A DNA stretch of 64,000 bases from Phormidesmis sp. (lineage in GTDB: Bacteria; Cyanobacteriota; Cyanobacteriia; Leptolyngbyales; Leptolyngbyaceae), in NCBI GenBank assembly GCA_965248535.1, contig CBDFJR010000005.1, forward strand, positions 1,376,001 through 1,440,000. The letters run 5' to 3'. Positions 50,280 to 61,573 of the stretch are shown here, one piece after another. Each line of letters starts with the position of its first letter. The first letter of the stretch is position 1. The position numbers were made by a program, and so were the translations under genes. Below the pieces are notes generated by a model, which was not told the DNA's origin, did not search any database, and worked only from the letters and a program-made list of their open reading frames with translations.

Positions 50280-51665
50280 CTACGCACCGATCGCCGCAGA
50301 CACGTCTCGATATAGAACTTTAGTTTGATGGCTCCAACTGGCGAGGTCAGCGAGGGCGCGATCGCGATACACCCCATAGCGTTCTTGCTTATTGCGAATT
50401 TTTTGCGGCAGCGCTGGCAAAATGCCAAAGTTAGGCGGCATGGGCTGAAAATGCTTAGGCGATGCAGAACTGATGAAGTCAAACAGCGATCCCATCATGG
50501 TCGTGACGGGGAGGGAGACCGTTGGCAGCCCCAAGGCAACACGGGCGGCATTGGTGCCTGCCAGCCAACCTCCGGCCGTTGCAGCCGTGTAGCCTTCGGT
50601 GCCGCACAGTTGCCCAGCGGCCAGCAGCGTGGGGCGTTGTTTGAATTGCAGCGTGGCGTGCAGCAGTTCAGGAGAGTTGATAAACGTGTTGCGGTGCATC
50701 ACCCCCATGCGGACAAACTCAGCATTTTCTAAACCGGGGATCAGTTGAAACACTCGCTTCTGTTCGCCCCATTTGAGATTGGTTTGAAAGCCGACCATGT
50801 TCCAAAGCTGCCCGCCTTTGTCTTCTTGACGCAGTTGCACGATCGCATAGGGTCGGTGCATCTGATTTTCGGGAGCGCGAAAATCGCCTCGACGGGCATC
50901 AAACAAGCCGACGGGCTTGAGCGGCCCATAGCGCATCGTGTCTTCGCCGCGTCGTGCCATCTCTTCGATCGGTAAACACGCCTCAAAAAACTTGGCGGTT
51001 TCTCGCTCAAAGTCTTTGAGTTCTGCCTGGTCTGCTTGCCCCAGTTCTCGCCAGAAGTGTAGATATTGCTCTTTGTTCATCGGGCAGTTGAGATAGGCAG
51101 CTTCGCCCCGATCGTAGCGAGAAGCCAAAAAAGCCACCTCAAAATCGATCGACTCACCCACCACGATCGGGCTAGCAGCATCGAAAAAACTCAAATACTC
51201 CATGCCCGTGACGCGACGCAGATCTTCAGTCAGAGCTGGGCTAGTCAGCGGCCCCGTCGTGAGGACGACCACTCCATTTGGGGGAATCTCAAGACACTCA
51301 CCACGACGCAATTCGATTAAGGGATGGGTTGAGAGGGTGTCGGTCAAGTCTTTGCTGAACTGGGCCCGATCGACTGCCAATGCTCCGCCTGCCGGAACTT
51401 GGTGCTCGTCGGCTTTGCCAATCACGATCGAGCCTAGCCGCCGCAGTTCTTCATGAAGCAGACCCGATGCCCGATCGGTGGCTTGTGCGCCAAAGGAGTT
51501 GCTGCATACCAACTCAGCTAGGTGCTCACTGTGATGGGCAGGGCTGAGTCGCTGAGGTCGCATCTCGTGCAAAACCACAGGCACACCCGCTTGGGCAATT
51601 TGCCAGGCGGCTTCGGTGCCCGCAATTCCTCCGCCAATCACCTGAATCGGTTGCAAGTCTGTCAT
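50280..51665 (-). CDS. trmFO: tRNA (uracil-54)-methyltransferase TrmFO
   Basis: [49 protein letters not shown]. Confidence 0.97.
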   Translation of the reverse strand: MTDLQPIQVIGGGIAGTEAAWQIAQAGVPVVLHEMRPQRLSPAHHSEHLAELVCSNSFGAQATDRASGLLHEELRRLGSIVIGKADEHQVPAGGALAVDRAQFSKDLTDTLSTHPLIELRRGECLEIPPNGVVVLTTGPLTSPALTEDLRRVTGMEYLSFFDAASPIVVGESIDFEVAFLASRYDRGEAAYLNCPMNKEQYLHFWRELGQADQAELKDFERETAKFFEACLPIEEMARRGEDTMRYGPLKPVGLFDARRGDFRAPENQMHRPYAIVQLRQEDKGGQLWNMVGFQTNLKWGEQKRVFQLIPGLENAEFVRMGVMHRNTFINSPELLHATLQFKQRPTLLAAGQLCGTEGYTAATAGGWLAGTNAARVALGLPTVSLPVTTMMGSLFDFISSASPKHFQPMPPNFGILPALPQKIRNKQERYGVYRDRALADLASWSHQTKVLYRDVSAAIGA

Positions 51666-51784
51666 AGTTCCGGGGAGCCATCGTTCTATCTCTTTCTAGG
51701 ATAGGGGAGTGCAGAGGTTATTCATCACCCGATCGGGGAACCGACTACAATCTTAAGCAGGTTAAGCGGTCGAGGATGGAGATC

Positions 51785-52429
51785 ATGCCCGTCATTGCAG
51801 TCATAGATTACGATATGGGAAACTTGCACTCTGCTTGCAAAGGGCTGGCAAATGCAGGAGCAACCACCCAAATCACCGACTCTCCACGAGAGATTGGGCA
51901 AGCAGATGCGATCGTGCTCCCTGGTGTGGGAGCCTTTGACCCGGCTGTGCAGCACTTGCGATCGCGCCATTTAGAAAAGCCGATCAGAGCGGCGATCGCG
52001 AGTGGCAAACCCTTTTTGGGCATCTGCCTGGGGCTGCAAATTTTGTTTGAGTCTAGCGAAGAGGGCACCGAACCCGGACTGGGGATCATTTCTGGCCAGG
52101 TGAAACGGTTTCGTCATGAGCCTGGAATCACAGTTCCCCACATGGGTTGGAATCAATTAGAGTTGACCCAAGCGCAGTGCCCACTTTGGGATCAGCTTCC
52201 TGCCGATCCCTGGATGTATTTTGTGCACTCCTATTACGTAGAACCCACTGATCCCCAAATCTGTGCAGCGACCATCACCCACGGCACTCAAACGGTGACG
52301 GCAGCGATCGCCGATCGCAATCTTATGGCCGCGCAGTTTCACCCCGAAAAATCTTCAGCAGGCGGACTCAAACTTCTCTCTAACTTCGTTCAACTAGTGC
52401 ACGATCGTCAGCAGCTAGCCGCGAGATGA
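51785..52429 (+). CDS. hisH: Imidazole glycerol phosphate synthase subunit HisH
   Basis: IDYDMGNLHS, LPGVGAF, GICLGLQ, PHMGWN, QFHPEKS. Confidence 0.97.
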   Translation: MPVIAVIDYDMGNLHSACKGLANAGATTQITDSPREIGQADAIVLPGVGAFDPAVQHLRSRHLEKPIRAAIASGKPFLGICLGLQILFESSEEGTEPGLGIISGQVKRFRHEPGITVPHMGWNQLELTQAQCPLWDQLPADPWMYFVHSYYVEPTDPQICAATITHGTQTVTAAIADRNLMAAQFHPEKSSAGGLKLLSNFVQLVHDRQQLAAR

Positions 52430-52498
52430 TCCTAACTAAAGAACGTGGCAGCCTATGACTATGAGAAAATAGAAAAGTCATCTATTTTTCTCTGTCCT

Positions 52499-52693
52499 AT
52501 GACTACAGCAGATCTATTCCCAACGCTAAGAGGGTTACCCCGTGCAGAAAAATTGAAAGTCATGCAATTTCTGATTGCGGAGTTAGCGAAAGAAGAAGAA
52601 CCCACTCTACAAGCAGGCGCAACGTACTCCCTTTGGTCACCGCTCAATTCCCATGAAGCAGCGCATCAACTCAGTCAACTTTTGAACTACTAA
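52499..52693 (+). CDS. Small antitoxin-like hypothetical protein, 3' end formed by a palindrome
   Basis: LFPTLR.L.RAEKLKVMQFLI.ELAKEE...Y..WSP..SHEAA; stop codon lies inside the 46-bp palindrome. Confidence 0.65.
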   Translation: MTTADLFPTLRGLPRAEKLKVMQFLIAELAKEEEPTLQAGATYSLWSPLNSHEAAHQLSQLLNY

Positions 52694-52727
52694 GACCTTA
52701 ACCTCGGTTAAGGTCTTAGTAGTTCAA
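52682..52727. repeat. Perfect 22-bp inverted repeat with 2-nt spacer
   Basis: ttgaactactaagaccttaacc-tc-ggttaaggtcttagtagttcaa. Confidence 0.92.
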
Positions 52728-52847
52728 TTCTCTTAACAGACAGTGCAAGTCGCGGTAGTTGCGCCTTGCTCATCTAGAAAGTTTAGATACCAATTCCCCT
52801 TCAGAATCGATTTAAGATGCAGAAGAAATGTTCATGCAGAACGTCTG

Positions 52848-54200
52848 ATGACTTCGACAAAATCTAGCACCATCGCCCTGAATTCGCTGAGCGCCGACCT
52901 TGCGGGACTAGACATCATCACGGATGCCCATCAGATTTATAAACTCTCCCAGGACTATTACACCTTTAGTCCGGTGCTGCAACCTTTATTAGCAGACAAA
53001 ACAGGTGATTTGGTCGTGCGTCCTGCTAGTGAAGCCGAGGTGCTCAGAGTGGCGGCAGCCTGTGTGAAATTCAAAGTGCCCCTCACCGTGCGCGGAGCCG
53101 GAACCGGAAACTATGGGCAGTGCGTGCCCCTGAATGGTGGCGTGATCCTCGATATGACGCGAATGACCGCCATTCACTGGGTCAAACCCGGACTTGCCTG
53201 CGTCGAGCCAGGGCTAAAGATGGCAGCGATGGATAAGCAAACCCGCGAAATGGGCTGGGAAGTTCGCATGGCTCCTTCGACCTATCGCACCGCTACGATC
53301 GGGGGCTTTATCGGCGGCGGCAGTGGCGGCATCGGGTCGGTGACCTATGGGCAACTGCGCGATCGTGGCAATCTCCAAGCCCTTCGCGTTGTGACGATGG
53401 AAGATCAGCCTCGCGTGATTGAGCTTCGAGGTGACGAGGTTTATAAAGTTGCTCACGCCTATGGCACCAACGGCATTATCACTCAGCTTGAAATTCCCCT
53501 CGCTCCGGCTTATCCCTGGGCAGAAGTGATTGTCAATTTCTCAAAGTTCATGACTGCCGCCAGATTTGGACAAGCCCTCACCAATGCGGATGGACTGATC
53601 AAAAAACTGGTCTGCGTTTGTGCCGCACCGATTCCAACTTATTTCGCCGCTCTGCGTAGCTACATTCCCGATGGCGCTCACTGTGCGCTACTGATGATTG
53701 CTGAAAGCAGTTTAGAACCTCTGGGTGAACTGGTTCAAGAATTTGGCGGCACGATCGGCTATCAAAAAACTGCCCAAGAAGCCAGCAAAGGCATCACCCT
53801 CGGCGAATATTCTTGGAATCACACCACGCTTCACGCCCGCAGCGTCGATCCGTCTCTGACCTATCTACAAACGCTGCTGCCTGACGACAATCTGGCTTTG
53901 CTTGAGCATCTCTATCACCATTTTGGCGACGAAGTGATGCTGCATCTAGAATTTTTGCGCGTGGGTGGATCTGCCCGCCCTGCGGCTCTGCAAGTCGTTC
54001 GCTACACTACTTCAGAACGTCTCGATCAGATCATTGCCTACCACGAATCTAAAGGGGCACTGATCTTCAATCCCCACACCTACATTCTCGAAGATGGCGG
54101 CATGAAAGCGATCGATAAGGCTCAACTCAACTTTAAAAAAGAGGTTGATCCCCACGGGTTACTCAATCCCGGCAAAATGAAGGCTTGGCTAGAACGATAA
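52848..54200 (+). CDS. FAD-binding oxidoreductase (FAD_binding_4)
   Basis: RGAGTGNYGQCVP..GG, ATIGGFIGGGSGGIGS, HAYGTNGII, DP.GLLNPGKM. Confidence 0.9.
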   Translation: MTSTKSSTIALNSLSADLAGLDIITDAHQIYKLSQDYYTFSPVLQPLLADKTGDLVVRPASEAEVLRVAAACVKFKVPLTVRGAGTGNYGQCVPLNGGVILDMTRMTAIHWVKPGLACVEPGLKMAAMDKQTREMGWEVRMAPSTYRTATIGGFIGGGSGGIGSVTYGQLRDRGNLQALRVVTMEDQPRVIELRGDEVYKVAHAYGTNGIITQLEIPLAPAYPWAEVIVNFSKFMTAARFGQALTNADGLIKKLVCVCAAPIPTYFAALRSYIPDGAHCALLMIAESSLEPLGELVQEFGGTIGYQKTAQEASKGITLGEYSWNHTTLHARSVDPSLTYLQTLLPDDNLALLEHLYHHFGDEVMLHLEFLRVGGSARPAALQVVRYTTSERLDQIIAYHESKGALIFNPHTYILEDGGMKAIDKAQLNFKKEVDPHGLLNPGKMKAWLER

Positions 54201-54392
54201 AGTTTTGACCGCTCAGGCTAGCGATAGGCCCCGATCGCTCATCAACAGGCTATAAAACTAAGGAACTGCCCCCTAAAACCATCCCGTCCACTGAACAACG
54301 CTTGATGAGGATTGCAAAAATGGTTCGGATCTCTGGGAGCAATGTCTGTAGTAGCAATGAACGCCCTAAGTTAGGAGTGAAATTCCACCGTG

Positions 54393-55517
54393 ATGTTTGA
54401 TTGTATTATCGTCGGAGCCGGGCCCGCCGGGGGAACTGCCGCCTATCATTTAGCAAAACGTCAACGCTCAGTATTGGTGCTAGAACGCGACACTCTGCCC
54501 CGATATAAAGCCTGTAGCGGTGGAGTGTCTCCGGCGATCGCTCAATGGTTTGATTTTGACTTCTCACCCGCCATTTCTCTCAAGGTCGATGCAATCCGCT
54601 ATACCTGGAAGCTCGGTGATCCTGTCGAGGCTACCCTCAACACGCCAGAACCGATGTGGATGGTCAAACGCGATGTGTTTGATCACTTCCTGATCCAGCA
54701 AGCTCAGGCAAAAGGGGCAGAACTGCGCGATCAAACCTCGGTCACCGGAATCGAATTTAAAGGCGATCGCTGGATTGTCAACACCTCTAACGGGCCGCTA
54801 GAAGCCCGCTATCTAATCGCCGCAGACGGTGCTAAAGGCCCTATGGCAAAGTGGCTGGGCTTTAAAGAGCGCAAAACTCGCATGGGTGCCGTGATGGAAG
54901 TGCCCCGATCGAGCCATGATGGGCGGGCCCAATTCGATTTCGGCATCGTCAAAAACGGCTTTATCTGGAATCTGCCCAAAGCGGATGGACTCTCGATCGG
55001 CACCAGCACCTTTCGCGGCGGCGACTCTGAAGATCTGAGGGCTGACCTCTCTGAATATGCTGCTCTTGCCGGAATCGATGAGAAAAGTAGCCAGGTTCAC
55101 CTCCATCCCATCTGCACTTGGGACGGCGATCAAAAACTGCACACCCAAAACGCCCTGCTCGCGGGTGAAACGGCCGGTGTCGTTGACCCCTTTACAGGCG
55201 AGGGCATCCGCCCCTCGATCTTCAGCGGCATGAAGGCAGCAGAAGCCATTGACCAGGCTTTATCGGGCGATCGCAATGCCCTAGAAACCTACACCTCCGT
55301 CATTCAAAAAGAATGGGGAGTCGATATGGTCTGGGCCCAGCGGCTCGCGGGCGTATTTTATCGCATTCCCAGCATTGGCTACAAAGTGGGAGTGAAGCGA
55401 CCGACCGCCACCGATCGCTTAGGCAAAATCATGTGCGGACAGTTGCGCTATGCCGATGTCGCGACGCGGGCCCTCAAGCGTTTGAGCGGCAGCCTGATTC
55501 CTGGCATGGGCGGCTAG
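54393..55517 (+). CDS. Geranylgeranyl reductase family protein
   Basis: IIVGAGPAG, RYKACSGG, IAADGA, DPFTGEGI. Confidence 0.9.
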   Translation: MFDCIIVGAGPAGGTAAYHLAKRQRSVLVLERDTLPRYKACSGGVSPAIAQWFDFDFSPAISLKVDAIRYTWKLGDPVEATLNTPEPMWMVKRDVFDHFLIQQAQAKGAELRDQTSVTGIEFKGDRWIVNTSNGPLEARYLIAADGAKGPMAKWLGFKERKTRMGAVMEVPRSSHDGRAQFDFGIVKNGFIWNLPKADGLSIGTSTFRGGDSEDLRADLSEYAALAGIDEKSSQVHLHPICTWDGDQKLHTQNALLAGETAGVVDPFTGEGIRPSIFSGMKAAEAIDQALSGDRNALETYTSVIQKEWGVDMVWAQRLAGVFYRIPSIGYKVGVKRPTATDRLGKIMCGQLRYADVATRALKRLSGSLIPGMGG

Positions 55518-55708
55518 CCGCAGAGTCTGCTCAATTAATCGATACAAGCCAGCCTTTGACTTCAAAGGGCTGTCAGCTTTATCATGCCGAGACGGGGTTT
55601 TAGTTAGGTCAATGGGGTCAGCGCCCAACAATTTGTGGTGAGATCTGAATCAGCACAGATTCTTGAAAACTAGTCGTCTCCTCAACAAAAAACAAACATG
55701 AGGACAAC

Positions 55709-55726
55709 ATTACAAAATGTTGCGAA
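55709..55726 (+). promoter_or_regulatory. Candidate HLR1 (RpaB) direct repeat in the apcA upstream region
   Basis: ATTACAAA-at-GTTGCGAA resembles (G/T)TTACA(T/A)(T/A)-N2 repeat. Confidence 0.45.
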
Positions 55727-55969
55727 CTGACTAGGATGGTGAACACAATGCCGCAGAATTAATTGCGGAAGGTAGCTAAGTCAAAACGCCTGCGTAGCCA
55801 AGATTACCGATCGGTGCCTCGGATTTATTCAACCACTTCCAGCCCAGATGTCAGATTCAAAGATTTTCATCGATGAACTGAGTAACTAGCTCCAAGCAAA
55901 CTTAACCCGACCCTGACGGGACTCCCGTTTAAACATACTCGGTTACATTACTTTTGGAGGAATCCATCA

Positions 55970-56455
55970 ATGAGTATTGTCACGAAATCAATCGTGAATG
56001 CTGACGCTGAAGCTCGTTACCTCAGCCCCGGCGAACTAGATCGGATCAAAGGCTTTGTCACCACAGGTGAGCGTCGCCTCCGCATCGCGCAAACCCTGAC
56101 CGACTCTCGTGAGCGCATCGTCAAGCAAGCTGGCGATCAACTGTTTCAAAAGCGCCCTGACGTGGTTTCCCCCGGTGGAAATGCCTACGGCGAAGAAATG
56201 ACTGCAACCTGCCTGCGTGACCTCGACTATTACCTCCGCCTCGTGACCTACGGAGTGGTTGCTGGTGATGTCACCCCGATCGAAGAAATCGGCATCGTCG
56301 GCGTTCGTGAGATGTACAACTCCCTGGGCACCCCGATTCCTGCGGTTGCTGAAGGCATTCGGGCGATGAAGAGCGTTGCTGCTTCCTTGCTGTCTTCTGA
56401 AGACGCGTCTGAAGCTGGCTCCTACTTCGACTATGTAATCGGTGCAATGCAGTAA
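55970..56455 (+). CDS. apcA: Allophycocyanin alpha subunit
   Basis: [27 protein letters not shown]...TATCLRD. Confidence 0.99.
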   Translation: MSIVTKSIVNADAEARYLSPGELDRIKGFVTTGERRLRIAQTLTDSRERIVKQAGDQLFQKRPDVVSPGGNAYGEEMTATCLRDLDYYLRLVTYGVVAGDVTPIEEIGIVGVREMYNSLGTPIPAVAEGIRAMKSVAASLLSSEDASEAGSYFDYVIGAMQ

Positions 56456-56516
56456 TTACTGCTGCCGATGTCTCACGCATTTACATTAAGCTCACGCGAC
56501 TTACGGGAATTAAATC

Positions 56517-57002
56517 ATGCAAGACGCAATTACCTCTGTTATCAACACGTCTGACGTTCAGGGCAAATACCTAGATACGTCTTCCCTCGAAAAGCTCAAA
56601 GGCTACTTTGCAACAGGCGAACTGCGCGTTCGTGCAGCGACGACGATCAGCGCTAACGCAGCAGCGATCGTCAAAGAAGCGGTTGCTAAGTCCTTGCTAT
56701 ATTCAGACATCACCCGTCCCGGCGGCAACATGTATACGACTCGTCGTTATGCTGCTTGCATTCGTGACCTCGACTACTACCTCCGTTACTCCACCTACGC
56801 AATGTTGGCTGGCGACCCCTCCATCCTCGATGAGCGTGTGCTCAACGGTTTGAAGGAAACCTACAACTCCTTGGGCGTACCCGTGGGCGCAACGGTGCAG
56901 GCCATCCAAGCAATGAAAGAAGTCACTGCTGGTTTGGTGGGTGCTGACGCTGGTAAAGAAATGGGCGTTTACTTCGACTATATCTGCTCTGGCTTGAGCT
57001 AG
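56517..57002 (+). CDS. apcB: Allophycocyanin beta subunit
   Basis: [18 protein letters not shown]...RRYAACIRD. Confidence 0.99.
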   Translation: MQDAITSVINTSDVQGKYLDTSSLEKLKGYFATGELRVRAATTISANAAAIVKEAVAKSLLYSDITRPGGNMYTTRRYAACIRDLDYYLRYSTYAMLAGDPSILDERVLNGLKETYNSLGVPVGATVQAIQAMKEVTAGLVGADAGKEMGVYFDYICSGLS

Positions 57003-57087
57003 TTCTACAAGGTGTCAGGACTAGGGCAAATGGGTTCAGATCTTTCTGAAACCTGTAACCCGAAACCCCAAACCATTTTGTGAGGCA

Positions 57088-57172
57088 TTGGAAGTCTGGA
57101 ATGAGTGTTAGCTCGTCAAAGGCTAGTCTAGGACATGGTTTTAGCAATCTAGCATTGATTCTCGACTTCCAA
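57088..57172 (+). terminator. Long stem-loop after apcB (mRNA stabilising/attenuating)
   Basis: ttggaagtctggaatgagtgttag pairs with ctagcattgattctcgacttccaa. Confidence 0.6.
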
Positions 57173-57399
57173 CCTTCCCCTATCAATTTTTGTTTACCAT
57201 CCAAACGATTTGCGATCGCTCTCTAAGGTCTGCACCTGCGCCAATTGGCGTTGACATCTAGAGATGCTGGGTCGCTCACTCTTTGAGAATTTCTCACAGC
57301 CCATCAGCGTTTTGAATTGTGGTATGAGTTTGTGAATTCAAGCCTCAAGACTCAAGACTCAACATCCATCCTCAGCCTACTCAGGAGATTATAAGACCC

Positions 57400-57603
57400 A
57401 TGAGAATGTTCAAGGTTACTGCCTGCGTTCCCAGTTTGACCCGCACCCGCACTCAACGAGAACTACAGAACACCTATTTCACCAAGTTGGTTCCTTATGA
57501 CAACTGGTTCCGTGAGCAGCAACGGATTCAAAAAATGGGCGGCAAGATCGTCAAAGTTGAATTGGCGACTGGCAAAGCAGGCGCGAACACGGGCATTGCA
57601 TAA
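57400..57603 (+). CDS. apcC: Phycobilisome 7.8 kDa core linker
   Basis: MRMFKVTACVPS.TR.RTQRELQNTYFTKLVPYDNWFREQQRIQKMGG. Confidence 0.98.
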   Translation: MRMFKVTACVPSLTRTRTQRELQNTYFTKLVPYDNWFREQQRIQKMGGKIVKVELATGKAGANTGIA

Positions 57604-57660
57604 CGCCTGAGTTGAGTCTGATTAGGTCTTTAATGTTTGCTAACTCTGAGCATTAGTTGT

Positions 57661-57685
57661 GGAGGTCTAATAGACCTCCTTTTTG
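57661..57685 (+). terminator. Rho-independent terminator after apcC
   Basis: ggaggtcta-a-tagacctcc followed by ttttt. Confidence 0.8.
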
Positions 57686-57727
57686 CTGTTTTTATTATTG
57701 AAATGCCCAGTCTCTTGGCTTAAATTT

Positions 57728-58066
57728 TTAGCCTTGCCACAGGTCAGAAAAAATACTTTTTACGGCGGCGGAGACGCGATCGAGGTCTTCATTCAGCAAC
57801 GGCGGACAGTCTGACTGTTGTTTGAGTCCGGCTGCAAACGCTCGTCTTCCTTCGCTTGCGATCAGATAAAGCGCGTAGGAGAGGGCGCGATCGAGGGTTT
57901 TTTCTGCCTTTAAAGACTCAAAGATAACTTTAAGCGCCAGCAAAATCGACGTGACCTGACCCGGAATCGGCGGTTGACCATGCTGCAATCGCACCAAAAA
58001 ACCATCAGAACCCAGAGTTTCGCTGCTTTGATCGATCAGCAGGCGACGAGCGGTTTCATAATCCAC
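57728..58066 (-). CDS. Conserved cyanobacterial hypothetical protein
   Basis: FL.RL.HG.PPIPGQVTSILLALKVIFE...LDR.L..AL...W. Confidence 0.8.
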   Translation of the reverse strand: MDYETARRLLIDQSSETLGSDGFLVRLQHGQPPIPGQVTSILLALKVIFESLKAEKTLDRALSYALYLIASEGRRAFAAGLKQQSDCPPLLNEDLDRVSAAVKSIFSDLWQG

Positions 58067-58148
58067 GATCGAGCGGCTCTAAAAATGTTGACTGTTAAAC
58101 TCTAGCCTACTCCTTGAAAGCGTCAAGGGGTTGCAGTCTGTTCGATCA

Positions 58149-58343
58149 TTAAGCCACAAAAAAAGGAGAGAACTGAATGTCGTTCTCTCCCTTTTTGCCT
58201 TCAGGCTCAGAGCCTTCTTGGAGTTTTTTGCGGAGCATTTGCGTTTGCTTTTTGAGTTGTCGCTGACGGGCAGAGCCGCCTTTGCCTTTGTGGTTGCGTC
58301 CCTCACGGCGAGGAGACTCCCAGCGTTTGAGCAGACGGGCCAT
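58149..58343 (-). CDS. Small highly basic hypothetical protein
   Basis: GAGG RBS upstream; RWESPRREGRN.KGKGGSAR.RQLKKQ. Confidence 0.65.
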   Translation of the reverse strand: MARLLKRWESPRREGRNHKGKGGSARQRQLKKQTQMLRKKLQEGSEPEGKKGENDIQFSPFFVA

Positions 58344-58398
58344 ATTTATTTCCTCGTTGTCTTGAAGTGAGGGCAGGAACGCGCCTGCCCCCGTTGGT

Positions 58399-61143
58399 CT
58401 ATTCTACTTCGCCCTCATCGTCGCTGTCATCCTCCTCATCAGTCGCACCGACAGGAGTCTGATCAGCCGCGATCGCAGCGTCACTTTCTAAAAGATCCTC
58501 AGCAGCACCCTCGATCGCGTCCTCGCCAGGAACGCCCGCCGGAATCACTTCTTCTTCGCCTGTGAGCGGCACGATCGCGACAGCCGCGATCGCGTCCTCT
58601 TCATCCAATCGCTGCACGCGCACTCCGGTTGCCGTGCGTGACTGAGACGAGATCGCATCGACCGCCTGCCGAATAATGATGCCACGATTAGTAATCATCA
58701 TCAACTCCGCCCCTTCGTTGACAATGTGCAGCGCCGCCAGCGTGTCGCCTTTTTTGCGGAACTTGGTGACCACAATGCCCATCCCGGCGCGGTTTTGCAG
58801 CCGGAACTGAGTCACGGGAACGCGCTTGCCATAGCCGCCCGTCGTCACGACCAAGATCCACGGCCCGGCGGGCGTTTTGAGGTCTGACGCTTCCAGATCA
58901 GAGGACTCTTCGATTAGAGACTCTTCATCGTTGAGTTCGACATCCTCATCGAGCAATCCGGCTTCTTGAGCTTGGGCAACGTTTTCGACAATTTGACCCG
59001 GCAAAATCGCCATGCCCACGAGACTATCGCCTTTGCGAAGCGCCATCGATCGCACCCCGCGAGTGGCTCGCCCTAAGGGCCGCAGTTGCTCGTGATTGAC
59101 GCGGAAGTGAATCGATCGCCCTAAACTTGAGCCAATGATAATGCTGTCTTCGACACAGGCCAACCGCACCCAGCGCAACTGATCGCCTTCTTCGAGCGAG
59201 ATAGCGATTAGCCCGTTTGAGCGAATGTTGCCAAAGGCCGACAGCGCCGTCTTTTTGATGTAGCCTTTGTTGGTCAACATCACCAAAAACACGTTGTCGC
59301 TGAACTCCGAGACCGGAATAATCGAGGTGATTTTCTCATTGTGAGGAATCGGCAGCAGTTGCACGATCGGCATTCCTCTTGCCGTTCTCGATGCGGTATG
59401 AATCTGGTAGGCTTTGGCGTGGTAGACAACGCCGCGATCGCTAAAGAACAAAATGCTGTCATGGTCGCAGCAGGTCAAGAAGTGCTCAACAGCATCATCG
59501 TCTTTGATGCGCGCGCCCGACTTGCCGCGAGTGGCTCGACTCTGAGAATCAAACGCATCCACAGGCATCCGTTTGATATAGCCCTGCTCGGTGAGCAGAA
59601 TCACCGCTTTCTCGTTGGCGATTAAGTCCATATCGCCGAGTTCGTCTTCAGATTGCTCGATCACCGTGCGGCGCGGAGTTGCTTGAGTGGCGCGCAGTTC
59701 TGTGATTTCGGTCTCAATGATGTCAAGAATCCGTTCACGCCGAGCCAAAATATCCTGCAAGTCGGTGATTTGAATCTGCAAATCATCATGTTCTTGCTGA
59801 ATTTTCTCAGCCTCTAGCGCTGTGAGTCGGCGCAGTTGCATTTGCAAAATCGCATCGGCTTGAGATTCTGACAGGCCGTAAGACTCAATCAGTTCTTGCC
59901 GGGCGGTGGGCGCGTCGGCTGCCCCGCGAATAATCGCAATGATGCGATCGAGGTGAGACAGCGCAATCAGCAGACCTTGCAGGAGGTGATCCCGTTCTTC
60001 GGCTTTGCGAAGCTGATAGCGAGTTCGACGTTCGATTGTCTCGATGCGGAAGTTCAGAAAGACTTCAAGAAAAAATTTAATGGTTAACAACTGCGGCTCG
60101 TTGTTGACCAAGGCCAGCATATTGGCCCCAAAGTTTGCCTGAATGGGGGTTTGCTTGTAGAGATTGTTGAGCACTACTCGTGGATAGGCATCCCGGCGAA
60201 GCTCAATGACAATTCGCATTCCGTCACGATCGCTCTCGTCGCGCACGTCAGAAATGCCTTCGATCTTGTGATCGTTGACCAACTCGGCAATCTTCTCAAT
60301 CAGCGAGGCCTTATTGGTTTGGTAAGGTAGCTCGGTGATGATAATGGCTTCGCGATCGGGTCGGCCGCGATGCTCGATCGTCTCGATCGCAGCCACGCCG
60401 CGCATGGTGATTGAGCCGCGCCCAGTCGTGTAGGCATCGCGAATGCCCGATCGACCCAAGATCTGCCCACCCGTAGGAAAATCGGGGCCAGGAATATACT
60501 GCATCAACTCCAGTTCGGTCAGGTCTGGGTTGTGAATCAGCGCCGTCAAGCCATCGATCAACTCACCCAGGTTGTGGGGCGGAATGTTGGTGGCCATGCC
60601 CACTGCGATCCCAGAAGAGCCATTCAGCAATAGCTGGGGAAGTCTCGCTGGCAGAACGGTTGGCTCTTGCTGAGAGCCATCAAAGTTATCGGCAAAATCA
60701 ACGGTTTCGGCTTCGATGTCTCGCAGCAGGGCATTGCTGGTTAAGGTGGTCAAGCGACATTCGGTATATCGCATCGCAGCGGGCGGATCGTTGTCGATCG
60801 AGCCAAAGTTGCCGTGACCGTTGATCAGCGGCGATCGCATTGAGAAGTCTTGCGCCATTCGCACCAGGGCATCATAGACTGCGGTGTCGCCGTGGGGGTG
60901 ATATTTACCGAGCACTTCCCCGACTACACGCGCACATTTGCGGAAAGGACGCTCAGGGGTGAGGCCGAGTTCGTGCATGGCGTAGAGAATGCGACGATGC
61001 ACTGGCTTTAGGCCATCTCTGGCATCTGGCAGTGCCCGACCCACGATCACGCTCATGGCGTATTCCAGGTACGATCGCTGCATCTCGCCTCGGAGATCGG
61101 TGGGAACGACCCGTTCTGTGGGCATCTCCTGGGAGAAGGTCAT
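58399..61143 (-). CDS. gyrA: DNA gyrase subunit A
   Basis: AAMRYTE active site, GyrA-box-like [10 protein letters not shown], canonical CTD blades, acidic tail. Confidence 0.97.
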   Translation of the reverse strand: MTFSQEMPTERVVPTDLRGEMQRSYLEYAMSVIVGRALPDARDGLKPVHRRILYAMHELGLTPERPFRKCARVVGEVLGKYHPHGDTAVYDALVRMAQDFSMRSPLINGHGNFGSIDNDPPAAMRYTECRLTTLTSNALLRDIEAETVDFADNFDGSQQEPTVLPARLPQLLLNGSSGIAVGMATNIPPHNLGELIDGLTALIHNPDLTELELMQYIPGPDFPTGGQILGRSGIRDAYTTGRGSITMRGVAAIETIEHRGRPDREAIIITELPYQTNKASLIEKIAELVNDHKIEGISDVRDESDRDGMRIVIELRRDAYPRVVLNNLYKQTPIQANFGANMLALVNNEPQLLTIKFFLEVFLNFRIETIERRTRYQLRKAEERDHLLQGLLIALSHLDRIIAIIRGAADAPTARQELIESYGLSESQADAILQMQLRRLTALEAEKIQQEHDDLQIQITDLQDILARRERILDIIETEITELRATQATPRRTVIEQSEDELGDMDLIANEKAVILLTEQGYIKRMPVDAFDSQSRATRGKSGARIKDDDAVEHFLTCCDHDSILFFSDRGVVYHAKAYQIHTASRTARGMPIVQLLPIPHNEKITSIIPVSEFSDNVFLVMLTNKGYIKKTALSAFGNIRSNGLIAISLEEGDQLRWVRLACVEDSIIIGSSLGRSIHFRVNHEQLRPLGRATRGVRSMALRKGDSLVGMAILPGQIVENVAQAQEAGLLDEDVELNDEESLIEESSDLEASDLKTPAGPWILVVTTGGYGKRVPVTQFRLQNRAGMGIVVTKFRKKGDTLAALHIVNEGAELMMITNRGIIIRQAVDAISSQSRTATGVRVQRLDEEDAIAAVAIVPLTGEEEVIPAGVPGEDAIEGAAEDLLESDAAIAADQTPVGATDEEDDSDDEGEVE

Positions 61144-61573
61144 AGTGTGAAAAACTCCGAAAATGCAAGCTTGGATTTGACGATCGACACAGATAGCTAA
61201 AACTCAACAGTTAAGCCCTCTGAATGAGTGTCGATGGCTGCTTTAATCTTAACATGTCACGGCAGTAGTCGGGGCAGCTAAGTATCATCAGATACATCGA
61301 TTGATATCCGGGTCGAAAGGTTCAATTCTAGTGGCTAAAATGCCGTCTGAAAAAGTTATTTTTAGAGGGCCATTCGGTTTCTAAAATAAAGTCTGCATCC
61401 GTTAGCTATCAGGCTATTGATAGATTGACGCTTTGATGATTATGCCGTTCCTAATGCCTTCGACAAGATTGACTAGAATGTATTTTTTGATCCCGGATCG
61501 GTTCTAGAGTTTCAATAGTCCAGATAGAAAGAATTCTTTGCCCTGATTTTAGCGATCGCTTGACCCAAATCCT

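Noticed and set aside
57728..58066. Dethiobiotin synthetase label often attached to this family
   Set aside because: 112 aa with no P-loop; cannot be BioD.
28762..61143. Two GyrA-like genes as a novelty
   Set aside because: Two GyrA/ParC paralogues are normal in cyanobacteria.
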